Assembly: GCA_041690135.1 (NCBI GenBank)
Contig: JAWLHY010000002.1
Coordinates: 1,221,167 to 1,285,166 of the forward strand
Origin: Armatimonadota bacterium
GTDB taxonomy: Bacteria > Armatimonadota > SYMT01
Direction: 5' to 3'
DNA length: 64,000 nt
The notes beneath the pieces were generated by a model, which was not told the DNA's origin, did no database searches, and saw only the letters and a program-made list of their open reading frames with translations. Shown here piece by piece: positions 43,845-57,670 of the stretch (position 1 is its first letter; each line of letters opens with the position of its first letter). Both the position numbers and the translations under genes were made by a program.

Positions 43845-43950
43845 TCAGGCGCCAACGTACGCCGCCAAGTGCTGCCCCGGTAGTATCGACTTCGCCGCCA
43901 CCAGGTCCGCGGGTGTGCCCTCGAAGACGATGCGGCCGCCGTGGTCCGGC
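43845..43950 (-). pseudogene. Third, short remnant of the UvrA-like 3' end
   Basis: Translates to [31 protein letters not shown]. Confidence 0.85.
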
Positions 43951-44122
43951 ACTGCCTTCACGAACTCACTGCTCAAGTTGACTGGTCCGAGTGCCTCGGC
44001 ACTACCAGACGCCACCAAGCAAGATTGATGTATGGTATGCTACATTAGCAACCAGCGAGTTACTGTCCCGTTACGAGAGGTAGAACAGGGCACGTTCCAC
44101 GCCGAAACTCCTGATAACGTCT

Positions 44123-45112
44123 ATGAGAAATCAGTTCCCCAAGAAGAAATGGGAGGAGATGACCCTCGAAGAGCAGGATCACTTCCGCAGAATGTCGGAA
44201 GATGCACTCGTATCTCGTTGGGGAACCATTGAGGGGCAGGAGATCAAAAGAAGGATCATCGCCGCGAACCTGAACGACAGCGGGACTGCTGATTACTCGG
44301 GGTGCCTTGGAACGGTGAAAGCTGATTGGGGGCAGACGCCACCCAAGACGGACCTGCGTGGCATCGACCTGTCTGAATTCTCGAATACAATCGATGACAC
44401 GATCTACGGGTTCGACTTTTCTGCCTGTCTTCTCCACTTCTCGGATTTCTCGGGGTGCATTCTCACGTCATCCTCTTTCAAGAGGTCGGATATCCTCTAC
44501 AGCAACTTCTCACAAGCCAAGCTGGACGAGTGCGACTTCTCTGCCACCAACCTAACCCTCTCGGATTTCAGTGGGTCGGACCTGGAGCAGTCTGACCTTC
44601 GTGGGGCCTGGATCACGGATGTGTCATTCGACGGTGCAAATCTCGGCTTCGTGAAGTTTGACCGGCATACTGACTTCAGGAACATAGACATATCAACCGT
44701 GCGCGGCTCGAGTAATCCTCTTTTCACTTCGTTCGTGCGGAGAACCCACTATCTGAAGCACTTTCGTGAGCAGAATCTCACGAACAAGGCAATATACTAC
44801 GTATGGCTACTAATAAGCGACTGCGGGCAAAGCTTCTCCAGATGGTTTGGCGTCTCAATTCTGATTTCCGCAGTGTTCGGCTACATCTACTCCCGTATTC
44901 CAGGTTCCTTCTTCATCGCAAATGACAGGTCTCCCACACCATTCACGTTCTGTTACTACAGTGTGGTCGCGTTTACGACGCTGGGGTTTGGAGATGTTAT
45001 CCCGCGTGACCTTCTCGCAGAGGCCCTCGTGACACTTGAGGTCATCCTTGGGTATCTGATGCTCGGCGGACTGATAAGCATATTTGCCACAAAGTTTATT
45101 CCGAAAGAATAG
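44123..45112 (+). CDS. Pentapeptide-repeat protein with 2-TM potassium-channel (Ion_trans_2) domain
   Basis: Pentapeptide repeats; YYSVVAFTTLGFGD pore motif between two TM helices. Confidence 0.88.
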   Translation: MRNQFPKKKWEEMTLEEQDHFRRMSEDALVSRWGTIEGQEIKRRIIAANLNDSGTADYSGCLGTVKADWGQTPPKTDLRGIDLSEFSNTIDDTIYGFDFSACLLHFSDFSGCILTSSSFKRSDILYSNFSQAKLDECDFSATNLTLSDFSGSDLEQSDLRGAWITDVSFDGANLGFVKFDRHTDFRNIDISTVRGSSNPLFTSFVRRTHYLKHFREQNLTNKAIYYVWLLISDCGQSFSRWFGVSILISAVFGYIYSRIPGSFFIANDRSPTPFTFCYYSVVAFTTLGFGDVIPRDLLAEALVTLEVILGYLMLGGLISIFATKFIPKE

Positions 45113-45360
45113 CGGACCATCTGCAGCCCGTATGACTATCTGACACGCGAACGCGGTCTAACCCGGTCTAAGCTGTTGGCGGCCAAAGGTGTTTTCTGTC
45201 CCGCGCAAAGGTGGGATAACTGCTGCGGTAGCGGGATAGCCAACTACTCCGACGTAAGAGAGGCCAACTACTCCTGTGTGGGATAGACCCACTACCTACC
45301 CTCACAAGCCGATGGAGTAGGTGCAATCTGCAGTTGATCTTACTGTAAAGCGCCCAAACT

Positions 45361-45452
45361 CCTTCCAAACAGTTAGTCGCGAGTTCGAATCTCGTCCCTC
45401 GCTCTCGAAAAGAATGAAGTGTGAAGGTGGAAGGATGAAGATCCTTCCGCCT
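45361..45452 (+). repeat. tRNA-Gly 3'-half copy with downstream hairpin (att-like, inverted relative to the tRNA gene)
   Basis: 45361-45406 matches the tRNA-Gly 3' half and flank at 42/46; followed by GGTGGAAGGATGAAGATCCTTCCGCC. Confidence 0.85.
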
Positions 45453-45549
45453 GTTTGTTTCTGGTGTCCGCTGGCGGGTTAGGGGCCACCCCGAGGCGGA
45501 CTGTTTCTCAGCGCCCTTCCCTCCTGACCCTTGTCCGCGAGGGCCTCAG

Positions 45550-47943
<2,394 letters not shown>

Positions 47944-48206
47944 CCTGTCTTCCTCTGCTATGCGGGGTCCCGAAATCCTTCGGGGTCTCCCTCGTTGGAG
48001 CGGTCGCGGCAACGGTCCGGTGTTCGGCCACTCACCAACCGTGCGGCGCCCCACGTAACCTTGATCGGTTCAAATCCCGGTAGCCGGCAGAGAAAATGAA
48101 CGAACCCGAGCCAGAGCCGGCTTCGCCCATTCACCCTCCAAACCGGCCACCCTGGACACCCCTGACGACGCTCGCAGCTAACGTCGCCAGCTCCCAGGGC
48201 CGTCGA

Positions 48207-48252
48207 TCTTACTCTTACTCTTACTCTTACTCTTACTCCTACTCTTGCTCTT
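48207..48252. repeat. (TCTTAC)n hexamer tandem repeat
   Basis: About 7 units directly after the VOC gene stop. Confidence 0.85.
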
Positions 48253-48260
48253 GAAGGCTC

Positions 48261-48653
48261 CTACCAGCGCATCAACTGCGTCACCTGCAGAAGATTGCCG
48301 CAGGTATCGTTCAGCACGGCGATTCGGGAGCCGGTCACGTCCGTGGGGGGCATGGTGAACTCGGCGCCACGCGCGGCCATCCGTTCGGCGTCGGCCTGCA
48401 CGTCGTCGGTGTAGAACATCGCGGCGGGCTGGCCCTGCTGGAACTGCGCTTGCTGGTACGCCTGGGCCGCCGGGTCATTGTTGAGCGCCAACTGCAGCTC
48501 TGTGCCGTCCGGGTCATCCGGGGAGACCACCGTCAGCCAGCGAAACGGCCCCTGGCTGAAGTCGGCCTTCTTCACGAAGCCCAGCACTTCGGTGTAGAAG
48601 CGCAGGGCCATCTCCTGGTCGTCGACGTACACGCGGGTCAATTTGATCTTCAT
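48261..48653 (-). CDS. VOC/glyoxalase/bleomycin-resistance family protein
   Basis: VYVDDQ..ALRFYTEVLGF, RWLTV, DTCGNL. Confidence 0.92.
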   Translation of the reverse strand: MKIKLTRVYVDDQEMALRFYTEVLGFVKKADFSQGPFRWLTVVSPDDPDGTELQLALNNDPAAQAYQQAQFQQGQPAAMFYTDDVQADAERMAARGAEFTMPPTDVTGSRIAVLNDTCGNLLQVTQLMRW

Positions 48654-48730
48654 CGGTTTCCTCATCCGGTCACATCCGCGGGCGCTCCCGCGTCAGTACC
48701 ATGTCGAAACGCAGCGGAGAAATGTGACCG

Positions 48731-49606
48731 ATGGAAGAGAACGAATTTTGGGCAGACCAGTTCGAGCAGAACCGCGCCCACCTGCGGGCGGTGGCCTACC
48801 GAATGCTAGGATCGCTCAGCGAGGCGGAGGACGCCGTTCAGGAAGCCTGGCTGCGGCTCAGCCGATCCGAGCGGAGCGGCATCGAGAACCTCGGCGGCTG
48901 GCTCACCACCGTTGTCGCGCGGGTCTGCCTGGACCAATTGCGCGCGCGCCGGTCGCGGCGGGAGGAGCCGCTCGAAGGACAATTGCCGGATCCGGTCGTG
49001 AGCCCCATAGATGCCCTACACCCGGAACAGGAGGCGCTCCTCGCCGACGCGGTCGGCCTGGCGCTGCTGGTGGTGCTCGAAACGCTGGGGCCAGCCGAGC
49101 GGCTGGCGTTCGTGCTGCACGACATGTTCGATCTGCCCTTCGACGAGATTGCTCCCATCGTGGGTCGCACCCCCGTGGCCGCGCGGCAGCTTGCGAGCCG
49201 GGCGCGCCGCCGGGTGAAACAGGTCGCCCCCGCGGCCGACTCCGACCCCGGCCGCCAACGTGAGGCGGTGGAGGCGTTCCTCGCCGCCACCCGGAGCGGT
49301 GACTTCGACGCCCTCCTCGCGGTGCTCGACCCGGACGTCGTGCTTCGGGCGGACACCGGCCCCGGCGCACTGCGGGTGGCCCAGGGCGCCCGGCGCGTGG
49401 CCGGAGGGGCGGTCACCGCAGCGCAGCACGCCCAGTTTGCCCGCCTCGCGCTGGTGAACGGGGCACCCGGCATGGTCGCCTACAACCCGGACGGCAGTCT
49501 CCGCGGCATCTCCGCCTTCACGGTGCGGGATGGCAAGATCGTGGAGATCAACGTCCTGGCGGACCCGGACCGCCTCCGCCGGATTGCGGTGCCGCCCCTG
49601 GAGTGA
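48731..49606 (+). CDS. ECF sigma factor (ECF41/SigJ-like, SnoaL C-terminal domain)
   Basis: LRAVAYRMLGS..AEDAVQEAWLR, ERLAFVLHD, L.PDVVLRAD. Confidence 0.92.
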   Translation: MEENEFWADQFEQNRAHLRAVAYRMLGSLSEAEDAVQEAWLRLSRSERSGIENLGGWLTTVVARVCLDQLRARRSRREEPLEGQLPDPVVSPIDALHPEQEALLADAVGLALLVVLETLGPAERLAFVLHDMFDLPFDEIAPIVGRTPVAARQLASRARRRVKQVAPAADSDPGRQREAVEAFLAATRSGDFDALLAVLDPDVVLRADTGPGALRVAQGARRVAGGAVTAAQHAQFARLALVNGAPGMVAYNPDGSLRGISAFTVRDGKIVEINVLADPDRLRRIAVPPLE

Positions 49607-49717
49607 CCGCTGGGAAGACGACCTTCGCACCGACACTTAACCTGCGGACTGCACACGTCGCGGCGCCGCCAGTGCCCAGCAGCAGATCATCCCAGGTGGT
49701 TCGATCCCAAGATGCCG

Positions 49718-50494
49718 TTACTGCTGGGCGGCGGCGATCAACTCTCTGGCCCATTCGGCCTCCGCAGGCCCGAGGGGCGGCACGGTCCCATGGCGGTAGT
49801 CCAACGAGTAGTCGTACCCTGCGTCCTCATACACGCTGTCGAACGCCTCCTGGAGGTTGAGCGGGGCGTCGGGGTCAGAAAGCTCGAGCGGAACTGGAAT
49901 GAGGGGCAGGGGGTCGCGCACCGTCAGGGGCCACAGTTCCGCCATCGGCCTACGATCCCCACGGCTGACCGTGACGTAAAAATCAGCCGGCGGGAGCGGT
50001 CCGGCGGCGGGCATCCGCTGCCCCCCACGGAGGAGGTCCAGTTCGATCAGGTGGATGGCGCTGTTCAACAGTCGCTGGCGCTTGTTCTGGTATTCGGTCC
50101 ACCCTTCGGAGCCCGGTCGCTTGTTGCTGGGCGACAACACCTCCACCACGGTCACCAGCTTGCCTCCCTCGCGCAGCCGGATCTCCAGAAACGTCTCTCG
50201 CCGTTCCTCTGGGACGGGGAGCGGGATCGCAAAGGGCGCGGGAGGGATCATCCCAGCTGCAGTGGTGGGGCGCTGGTTCCGCGGAGTGCGGATGACCGCC
50301 AGGTCCGGTATCGAGGTCGAGGTGCCCTCTTCCGGTGGGCGCTCCACATACACCCGCTTCTCCAGGCGGGCCACGTAGCGGGGACGAAGTACCGGCGCCA
50401 GCGCGTGGGCGAGGGCATTCTGGAAGCGGGTATGAAAATCCTCCCACTCCTGCCCTTCGATGTAGGGGTCCATCCCCGGGAAGATACGCGGCAC
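49718..50494 (-). CDS. DUF4058 family protein
   Basis: FPGMDPYIE..W.DFH, VEVLSPSNK, IELDLLRGG; GTG start. Confidence 0.9.
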   Translation of the reverse strand: MPRIFPGMDPYIEGQEWEDFHTRFQNALAHALAPVLRPRYVARLEKRVYVERPPEEGTSTSIPDLAVIRTPRNQRPTTAAGMIPPAPFAIPLPVPEERRETFLEIRLREGGKLVTVVEVLSPSNKRPGSEGWTEYQNKRQRLLNSAIHLIELDLLRGGQRMPAAGPLPPADFYVTVSRGDRRPMAELWPLTVRDPLPLIPVPLELSDPDAPLNLQEAFDSVYEDAGYDYSLDYRHGTVPPLGPAEAEWARELIAAAQQ

Positions 50495-50793
50495 GTGCAA
50501 TCTCCTACGGCTGGCGAACAGGATGGCTATCCGATTGGGTCCCAAACGCTCCGGGAGTGCTACTGTCGCAGGCACATGTGATGACCTGCTCTGGAGTGCT
50601 GATGGAAGTCTTCCGGCCCCGCGGGACCCGGTTAGCTCACCTGATTATACCCGAGTCGACTGGAGCGAGCCGGGGCAGCCGAACCGTCCTGTTCGAGTTG
50701 CACGTCCACTCATTGTTAACCGGTGTTGCGCTTAAATGGATGCTATAGTCAGGCTACCGGCGCCAGTGCACACACCGGAGAGGGGAGAGAGGC

Positions 50794-51390
50794 TTGGATA
50801 CACCTGCGGAACCGCATCCCAGCAAACGGAACCTGGGTCAGGCGGCGCTCCGGGGCGCGCTCGGTTTTGGGTTGGCCAGCGTGGGGGTCTTCGGTACGGT
50901 CGCATTCGGCGAGCGGTGGATGTACCAGTCCCTGGGGCTCTACGGAGCGTACGCTGCGTGGACGCTCCTCTTCATCCTTCCCTCGATGGTGGCACTGCGG
51001 ACCCTGGTCGTGGATCCGGCGCGGAAGTGGTCCTTCCCGCTCCTCTTCGCGTCGGCCTTCTCCCTTTATGCGATCGGCTGGATGGCGGGCTACTTCCTCT
51101 TGCGGAAGAGTTGGGGCGAACAGCCCGCCGAGGGGGTCGCCTCGCTACTTGGGTCGGCGTTGCTGGCCCTCGCACTCGGGGCCGGACTCCGCGCGCTTCA
51201 GCGATTCGGGCGCCTGTTCATCCTCCTCTTCGCGACGAACACGGCCGGCTATTTCCTGGGAGGCGCTTTGTATTTCTTCCTGGGCCGTCCCGTAGGGATG
51301 CTGCTGTGGGGAGTCGCCTATGGAGCGCTGCTCGGGGCTGGGTTGGGCGCCGCGATCCACCTGGCGCAGGAAGCAGTGCCGGAAAGTTAG
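50794..51390 (+). CDS. Hypothetical membrane protein
   Basis: About 6 hydrophobic segments; TTG start with purine-rich RBS. Confidence 0.75.
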   Translation: MDTPAEPHPSKRNLGQAALRGALGFGLASVGVFGTVAFGERWMYQSLGLYGAYAAWTLLFILPSMVALRTLVVDPARKWSFPLLFASAFSLYAIGWMAGYFLLRKSWGEQPAEGVASLLGSALLALALGAGLRALQRFGRLFILLFATNTAGYFLGGALYFFLGRPVGMLLWGVAYGALLGAGLGAAIHLAQEAVPES

Positions 51391-51610
51391 CTCCATTGAA
51401 GTGCAGTTAAGGGGTGCGGGGCTCGCCGTCGGGAGTGGTGTGGGACGAGAAAGAGCGGCGCGCCGACGTCCATCCTCGCGATGATAGCGCAAACCGTTAC
51501 TGAACTTGGGTGAGGTGAACTCCGGAAAGCCCATCCCGCCCCGGTGGCGCCTGAGGACTCATCTCGGTACGCAACTGCGGCGTGACTATAATGAGGGCAG
51601 GAGGGCCGCT

Positions 51611-52438
51611 ATGGTCTACCATTCACATTCTCCAGCGACGCCGCTTGGCGCCTGTATCGAACGCCTTTGGTACTGCGCGGATGTCCCGCCCCACGCACTG
51701 GAGCATCTGCCCACCGGCGCCTTTGAGCTGGTGATCAATCTCGGCGAAGACGCCTTCCGGGTGCGGCCCGCGGGCCTTGCCGGGGAAGAAGGCTGGCAGG
51801 AACTTTCCGGCGCGGTGGTTGCCGGGGCCTACAGCCGCTGTTTCGCCGCCGACCGCCGCGCCTACGGTTCTTTCCTTGGCATCCAGTTCCGCCCGGGCGG
51901 GGCCTTCCCGTTTCTCGGCCGGCCCGCCAGCGAGTTGGCGGATGCGCACGTGGAGTTGGACGCTCTCTGGGGTTCCAGCGGGGTGGAGCTGCGAGAGCGA
52001 CTGATGGAAGCCCCGTCCCCGGCCGCGTGTTTCGCTCCGGTGGAAGAAGCGCTCGTGCGCCGCCTGCGGCGGAAGCCGGAGCTTCATCCCGCGGTCGCCG
52101 GCGCGCTGCGGGCCCTGGAGATCGCGGAGGGGGAGGTGCGGATCCGCGACCTGGCCGACGATCTTGGCCTGTGCCAGCGGCGGCTTATCCAGGTCTTTTC
52201 GGCGGAAGTGGGGATGACGCCGAAGCGCTACCAGCAGGTGCGACGGTTCCAGCGGGTCTACGCACGGGTGCGGGACGCCGCCGATCCGGACTGGGCCGCA
52301 ATCGCCGCCGAGGGCGGGTACTTCGACCAGTCGCACCTCATCCACGAATTCCGCCGCTTCACCGGGTTCACCCCAACGGAGTTCCGGCGTCGCAGCAGTG
52401 CCTATCTGCCCCCGAACCACCCCACGACTTCCGAATAG
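51611..52438 (+). CDS. AraC family regulator (DUF6597-type)
   Basis: GIQFRPGG, VGMTPK, GYFDQSHLIHEFRRFTG.TP. Confidence 0.9.
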   Translation: MVYHSHSPATPLGACIERLWYCADVPPHALEHLPTGAFELVINLGEDAFRVRPAGLAGEEGWQELSGAVVAGAYSRCFAADRRAYGSFLGIQFRPGGAFPFLGRPASELADAHVELDALWGSSGVELRERLMEAPSPAACFAPVEEALVRRLRRKPELHPAVAGALRALEIAEGEVRIRDLADDLGLCQRRLIQVFSAEVGMTPKRYQQVRRFQRVYARVRDAADPDWAAIAAEGGYFDQSHLIHEFRRFTGFTPTEFRRRSSAYLPPNHPTTSE

Positions 52439-52543
52439 GTCAACTTTTTCCAATTCAGACCACCGTTCCGGGTCCTATGATGGCGGCGACACGCAGGGCA
52501 GTCGGGTCCTGCGCAGCTTCGTTAGGGGACTCAAGGTGAGCAC

Positions 52544-53047
52544 ATGTTGGATAACCGCTTGTGGACTGCATGCTGGGCGGGGGCGCTGTTGATGGCCGGC
52601 TTCGCGGTTGGGCAAGACGAGCCCTCCTCTGCCGTCCAGGCAGCGGCGCCCGGCGCCGAAACTAAGCCCGGTTTTCGCCCGGCCGGGGTTCGTTACCAGG
52701 TGAAGGAAGTGGCGCGCTCGGTTGCGTTCTACACGCAACACCTCGGGTTCAAGGTGGAGTTTCAGGGTGGCCCGGCCTTTGCCAGCGTCTCGAACGGCCC
52801 CCTGACTCTCTGGCTAAGCGGGCCCGGCTCGTCGGGCTCCCGCCCTCTGCCGGACGGACGGGTGCAAACGCCGGGCGGCTGGAACCGCATCGCCCTGGAA
52901 GTGGACGACTTGCAGAGCCGCGTGGCGGAGCTCAAGCGGACGGGTCTGCGGTTCCGGAACGAGATCGAATCCGGGCCTGGAGGTAAGCAGATCCAGTTGG
53001 AAGACCCGGACGGCAACCCGGTGGAACTGTTCGAGCCGGCGCGGTAG
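52544..53047 (+). CDS. VOC family protein with signal peptide
   Basis: VRYQV..V..SVAFY, PGGWNRI, EDPDGNPVELF. Confidence 0.88.
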   Translation: MLDNRLWTACWAGALLMAGFAVGQDEPSSAVQAAAPGAETKPGFRPAGVRYQVKEVARSVAFYTQHLGFKVEFQGGPAFASVSNGPLTLWLSGPGSSGSRPLPDGRVQTPGGWNRIALEVDDLQSRVAELKRTGLRFRNEIESGPGGKQIQLEDPDGNPVELFEPAR

Positions 53048-53448
53048 TGCCCCGCATCGCGGCCGGGTGCCCGGATCTCGCCGGCACCCGGCCCCTCCCC
53101 AAGGTTTTCAACAGCACCCATCGGCACTGCGGCCCCGTCCGCGCCGCGGGGCACGGGCCTCCGGTGGCGTCGCCTGGCGTCTGGTCCGGCATGCTGTTCG
53201 CCGGGTGGCAAGCGACGGGTGGTTGTGGCTGCGGCCACTCATTAATAGTACAGCCGCAGTTCCCTGTGCGGAGTGGCTGAGTGAGGTGTTGCTACCAGTC
53301 GTCGCCGGGCACCCTTTGGGTGGGGACTTCGTGCCTTTCCAGCTTGCGACTTAGAGTCGCCTAACCGCGGCCACGGACGCTTCTTAAGCCTGTTTCGTAA
53401 ATAGGCTTAAGATACGTGCATCGGCCCCGGGATTCGAAGCATCATTAG

Positions 53449-54429
<981 letters not shown>

Positions 54430-54687
54430 GGAGTGACGGGCCGAATGAGATCCGGTGAGCCGATGATCCAGGCTCACTGGTCCAGGGCCGACAGCATTCC
54501 GAATCGGCTTTTCCACCAGCGTGTCGCAAGTAGGCGAGAGCCGGACCGGTGGGAGTTGCGTCGTCCTGCGCCGGATCTCCGGCAGCGGGCTTGTCAGTGG
54601 CCAGCTCCCGGCCCTATCATGAGGGGGTCGCGGGCGACGGCGTGCTGCTCGTCCCCAGCACCAAAAATCTGTCAGCCGTTTGGCTCC

Positions 54688-54736
54688 GTTGGGACGACCC
54701 AGCGTGTACTGCTCATCCGAAGGGGACGCCCCCTTC
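54688..54736 (+). promoter_or_regulatory. Guanidine-II (mini-ykkC) riboswitch candidate
   Basis: Two hairpins GTTGGG-ACGA-CCCAGC and GAAGGGG-ACGC-CCCCTTC, 15-nt linker, just before the RBS of sugE. Confidence 0.7.
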
Positions 54737-54754
54737 CCCTGGGAGGAACAGTAC

Positions 54755-55075
54755 GTGGCGTGGGTCTTCCTGGTTCTGGCGGGGCTACTTGAAGTCGGCT
54801 GGGTCGTCGGCTTGAAGTACACGGCCGGCTTCACCCGGTTCTGGCCGTCCGTGGGCACCCTGGTTTGCATGGCGGCCAGTGTTTATCTGCTGGCGCTCTC
54901 CGTGCGAGAGCTGCCTACCGGCACCGCCTACGCCGTGTGGACCGGTATCGGCGCTGTCGGTACCGTCATTCTTGGCATGACGGTGCTTGGCGAACCCCGG
55001 AGTGTGGGCCGCCTCCTGTGCGTCGGGCTGATCGCGGTCGGCATCCTCGGCCTCAAGGTCACCTCCGCCCGGTAG
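54755..55075 (+). CDS. sugE: SMR family guanidinium exporter (SugE/Gdx)
   Basis: AW..L..AGLLEVGW..GLKY..GFTR, GTAYAVWTGIG; GTG start after GGGAGG. Confidence 0.92.
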   Translation: MAWVFLVLAGLLEVGWVVGLKYTAGFTRFWPSVGTLVCMAASVYLLALSVRELPTGTAYAVWTGIGAVGTVILGMTVLGEPRSVGRLLCVGLIAVGILGLKVTSAR

Positions 55076-55217
55076 CAGCAAGGAATCCAAGGTTGGCTTC
55101 CTGATCAACGGCGGGTCGTTCCAGATCCGAAACTTTCCCGGCTCTTCACCGTCTCCTAAACAGCACCGCAAAACATTCGACCCCTCCGGAAAGTCGACGC
55201 TTTTCCGTCTTCTACAG

Positions 55218-55694
55218 ATGCCAATTCCCCAAGCTCAACTCATCCTGAAGGACCTGGTCCTGGCCCAGCACCGCTTTCTCTACGGGCTCGACCGAACCCC
55301 GGACGAACGCCTGGACTGGAGCCCCGGCGAAGCGAGAAAGTCGCCGCTGCAGGTGGCCGGCACCCTCGCCCAGTTCCTGAACTTCATCGCCCACACGCTG
55401 GCCAGCCAGGAGATGCCGAGCTGGGACGTCGATTCCCTGCCGTCGCCCGTGACCCGCGATGCCGCGAAGGAGGCAGTGGCGACGGCCTGCGCCGCGCTCC
55501 GCCGGGCGGTGGAGGGGCTGGAGCCGGCGGACCTGACGCGCAAACCCCCGCCACCCTGGAGCGAGGAGACCCTCGAGGAAGTCCTCTGGCAGATCAACGG
55601 CACGATCCTCTACCACCAGGGACAGCTTAACTACCTTCAGCTCTGCTACGGCGACCGGGATCCCAACATCCCGCCGAACTGGGGCGAGGGGTAA
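55218..55694 (+). CDS. DinB family protein
   Basis: LDWSP, YHQGQLNY. Confidence 0.8.
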   Translation: MPIPQAQLILKDLVLAQHRFLYGLDRTPDERLDWSPGEARKSPLQVAGTLAQFLNFIAHTLASQEMPSWDVDSLPSPVTRDAAKEAVATACAALRRAVEGLEPADLTRKPPPPWSEETLEEVLWQINGTILYHQGQLNYLQLCYGDRDPNIPPNWGEG

Positions 55695-55997
55695 GCCGCG
55701 CCGACGAGGGACGCGTAAGCGCTTGCTGACGCTTTGGGGAGGGGTAGCAACTGCAGCCGAAAGAAAATGGTCCCGCAAGTCCAGTGGCCGTGGCACTATA
55801 GACCCGCGGCACGCCTATTGGCAGCAGGCGGTGGTCCGCCTCTCACCGGAAGGCGCCGACTGGCTGGAGCGTCGCCTTCAGCAGTCCTTCACGGAAAACG
55901 GGACAATCACCAAAAAGGAGCTGGACCGGTTGGATAAGCCGGTGATGCCAACGGCTTCCCGGTAATTCCCTGAATCCGCATGTCAATGGGGGGCCTC

Positions 55998-56339
55998 ATG
56001 AACCGGGACGCCTGGACTGCCGTGGCACGAGGGTTGCTGTCGGGTGTGTTGTTCCCAGCGATGATTGTGGCGACGCATGCCGTCGGAGCACCGCGCTCCC
56101 TGACGGTGCTGGTGGTGGTACTCGTCAACACCGTGGCATTCTTTGGGGGGATGCTGCGGGTCTATACCAGCTCACCGGACACCGTGCAGCAGTTTGCCGG
56201 AGGTTACTTCTTCGCCCTGACGACCGGACTAATGACCGTCGGCTGGCACGCGGGTGTGGCGCCGTGGCAGCTCACCCCGCTTGCGCTGGCGGCGGCAGCG
56301 GCGTTATGGTGGATGGCCAGCCGGCCCGCGCGGGGGTAA
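55998..56339 (+). CDS. Small hypothetical membrane protein
   Basis: Four hydrophobic segments. Confidence 0.6.
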   Translation: MNRDAWTAVARGLLSGVLFPAMIVATHAVGAPRSLTVLVVVLVNTVAFFGGMLRVYTSSPDTVQQFAGGYFFALTTGLMTVGWHAGVAPWQLTPLALAAAAALWWMASRPARG

Positions 56340-56426
56340 GGCTGTGCCCCGGCACCTGCGGCGAGGCGAGCGGTGAATCCCGCCGTCGCCCTCTACGCCG
56401 CCAGATTCACGGTGCGATTCGCGCGG

Positions 56427-56881
56427 CTACGCTGCCAGATACCCCTTCAGCTTCGTGCCGAACAGGAAAGTCCAGCCCTCTTCCAGGCTCTGCACGGTCG
56501 CGTCCGAAACGTTGCCCAGCAGCCCATCGGTCAGGCGGAGTAGCGCCCCTTCCTCCGTCGTCTCCACCGCCAGCTTGAACATCGTCATGGTTGGCCCGCT
56601 CCACTCCGGCGTCATGCAGCCGAGAAGTCGATCGACTTGCCCGGAACGATCGCGATCACGGTTGCCTAGGTCAACCCCTCTCCATCCGGCGTCTCCTCGT
56701 AAAGCCGGCCACCGAGCCGCGGCTCCAGCCGGGCGCCTCCGGAGCCCTTCACGGCGGCGAACTCCTGGTCCCACCACCGACCCGTCTCCTCGGTAACCGC
56801 GCGCCACACCCGCTCCGCGGTTGCCCGGATCGGAAACTCCAACTTCAGCACGGCGGTTGCGGCCGGAGTCACTTCAGGCAT
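56427..56881 (-). pseudogene. SRPBCC family pseudogene (nonsense codon plus frameshift)
   Basis: LEPRLGGRLYE..GLT*ATVIAI..GKSID, then a shift into LGCMTPEW..EEGWTFLF. Confidence 0.8.
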
Positions 56882-57155
56882 TCTCCTCTCCCTCCTCGGC
56901 GATGTCCTTCAGCCTCATCAACATGTCACGGCGGCGCTACAGTTGCCGGTACAGCCGGGAATCGGCGGCAAGCAGGGGCTCTCTTCTCCGTTCGCACTCC
57001 AACGGAACCAGACCTTCCGCGCAGCTTCTACCAACCCGCAGAAACGCCAGAAGGCGGAAGGACTTTCATCCTTCCGCCTCGCTCAGGCCAACCCATATCC
57101 GGACCGGCAGAAGGCTTATTTCATCCTTCCGCCTTCATCCCTCATCCTTCAGGAG

Positions 57156-57227
57156 AGCGGGGGACGAGACTCGAACTCGCGACCAACTGCTTGGAAGGCA
57201 GTGACTCTACCACTGAGTTACCCCCGC
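57156..57227 (-). tRNA. tRNA-Gly(TCC)
   Basis: Acceptor stem GCGGGGG/CCCCCGC, anticodon arm ACTGC-CTTCCAA-GCAGT, T-loop TTCGAGT; CCA not encoded. Confidence 0.97.
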
Positions 57228-57609
57228 GTAACGCTGCCATTGTAGCGGGCCACGCATCACCTGTCAACGTTTTCCATAGTGGGCTGGGCGCCAGGTCACA
57301 CCCGAGTCAGGGACGGCTGCTGTGGAAATGCCAGCTGCTCCAACCTGTGAAGGTCTATGCTCCGGCCCACGAAGCGGGTGTGGGTGTCGGGCGCACTCTG
57401 TGCGATCACACGTACTGCGCGGTATTTCAATGCCGGCCCAGTGGCGGGTGGCTCGAACACCCACGCGGTTCTTGCTTCCCTCCGTGTCGATCCGTCCGAT
57501 CCGTGCCATCCGTGTCGAAACTTCGCGAGGGACTGCGGATCTGCTCACCGCTTTCGGCCCCGGATCTTCTTATCCCAATCGTAGTCCCAATCTTAATCAG
57601 CCGTAGGCC

Positions 57610-57670
57610 CCTCATCCTCATCCTCATCCTCATCCTCATCCTCATCCTTATCTTTATCCTCATCTTCCAT
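57610..57670. repeat. (CCTCAT)n hexamer tandem repeat
   Basis: About 10 units, degenerating, abutting the DUF2723 gene stop. Confidence 0.85.

Noticed and set aside
45361-45406. Second functional tRNA-Gly
   Set aside because: Lacks the 5' half (acceptor 5' strand and D arm); treated as an att-like remnant.
55723-55965. 80-aa ORF
   Set aside because: No RBS or recognisable family; possibly a gene tail remnant.
56666-56668. In-frame TAG in the SRPBCC gene as recoding (pyrrolysine or readthrough)
   Set aside because: A frameshift follows about 14 codons later and the TAG sits where a Trp (TGG) fits, so pseudogenisation is simpler.
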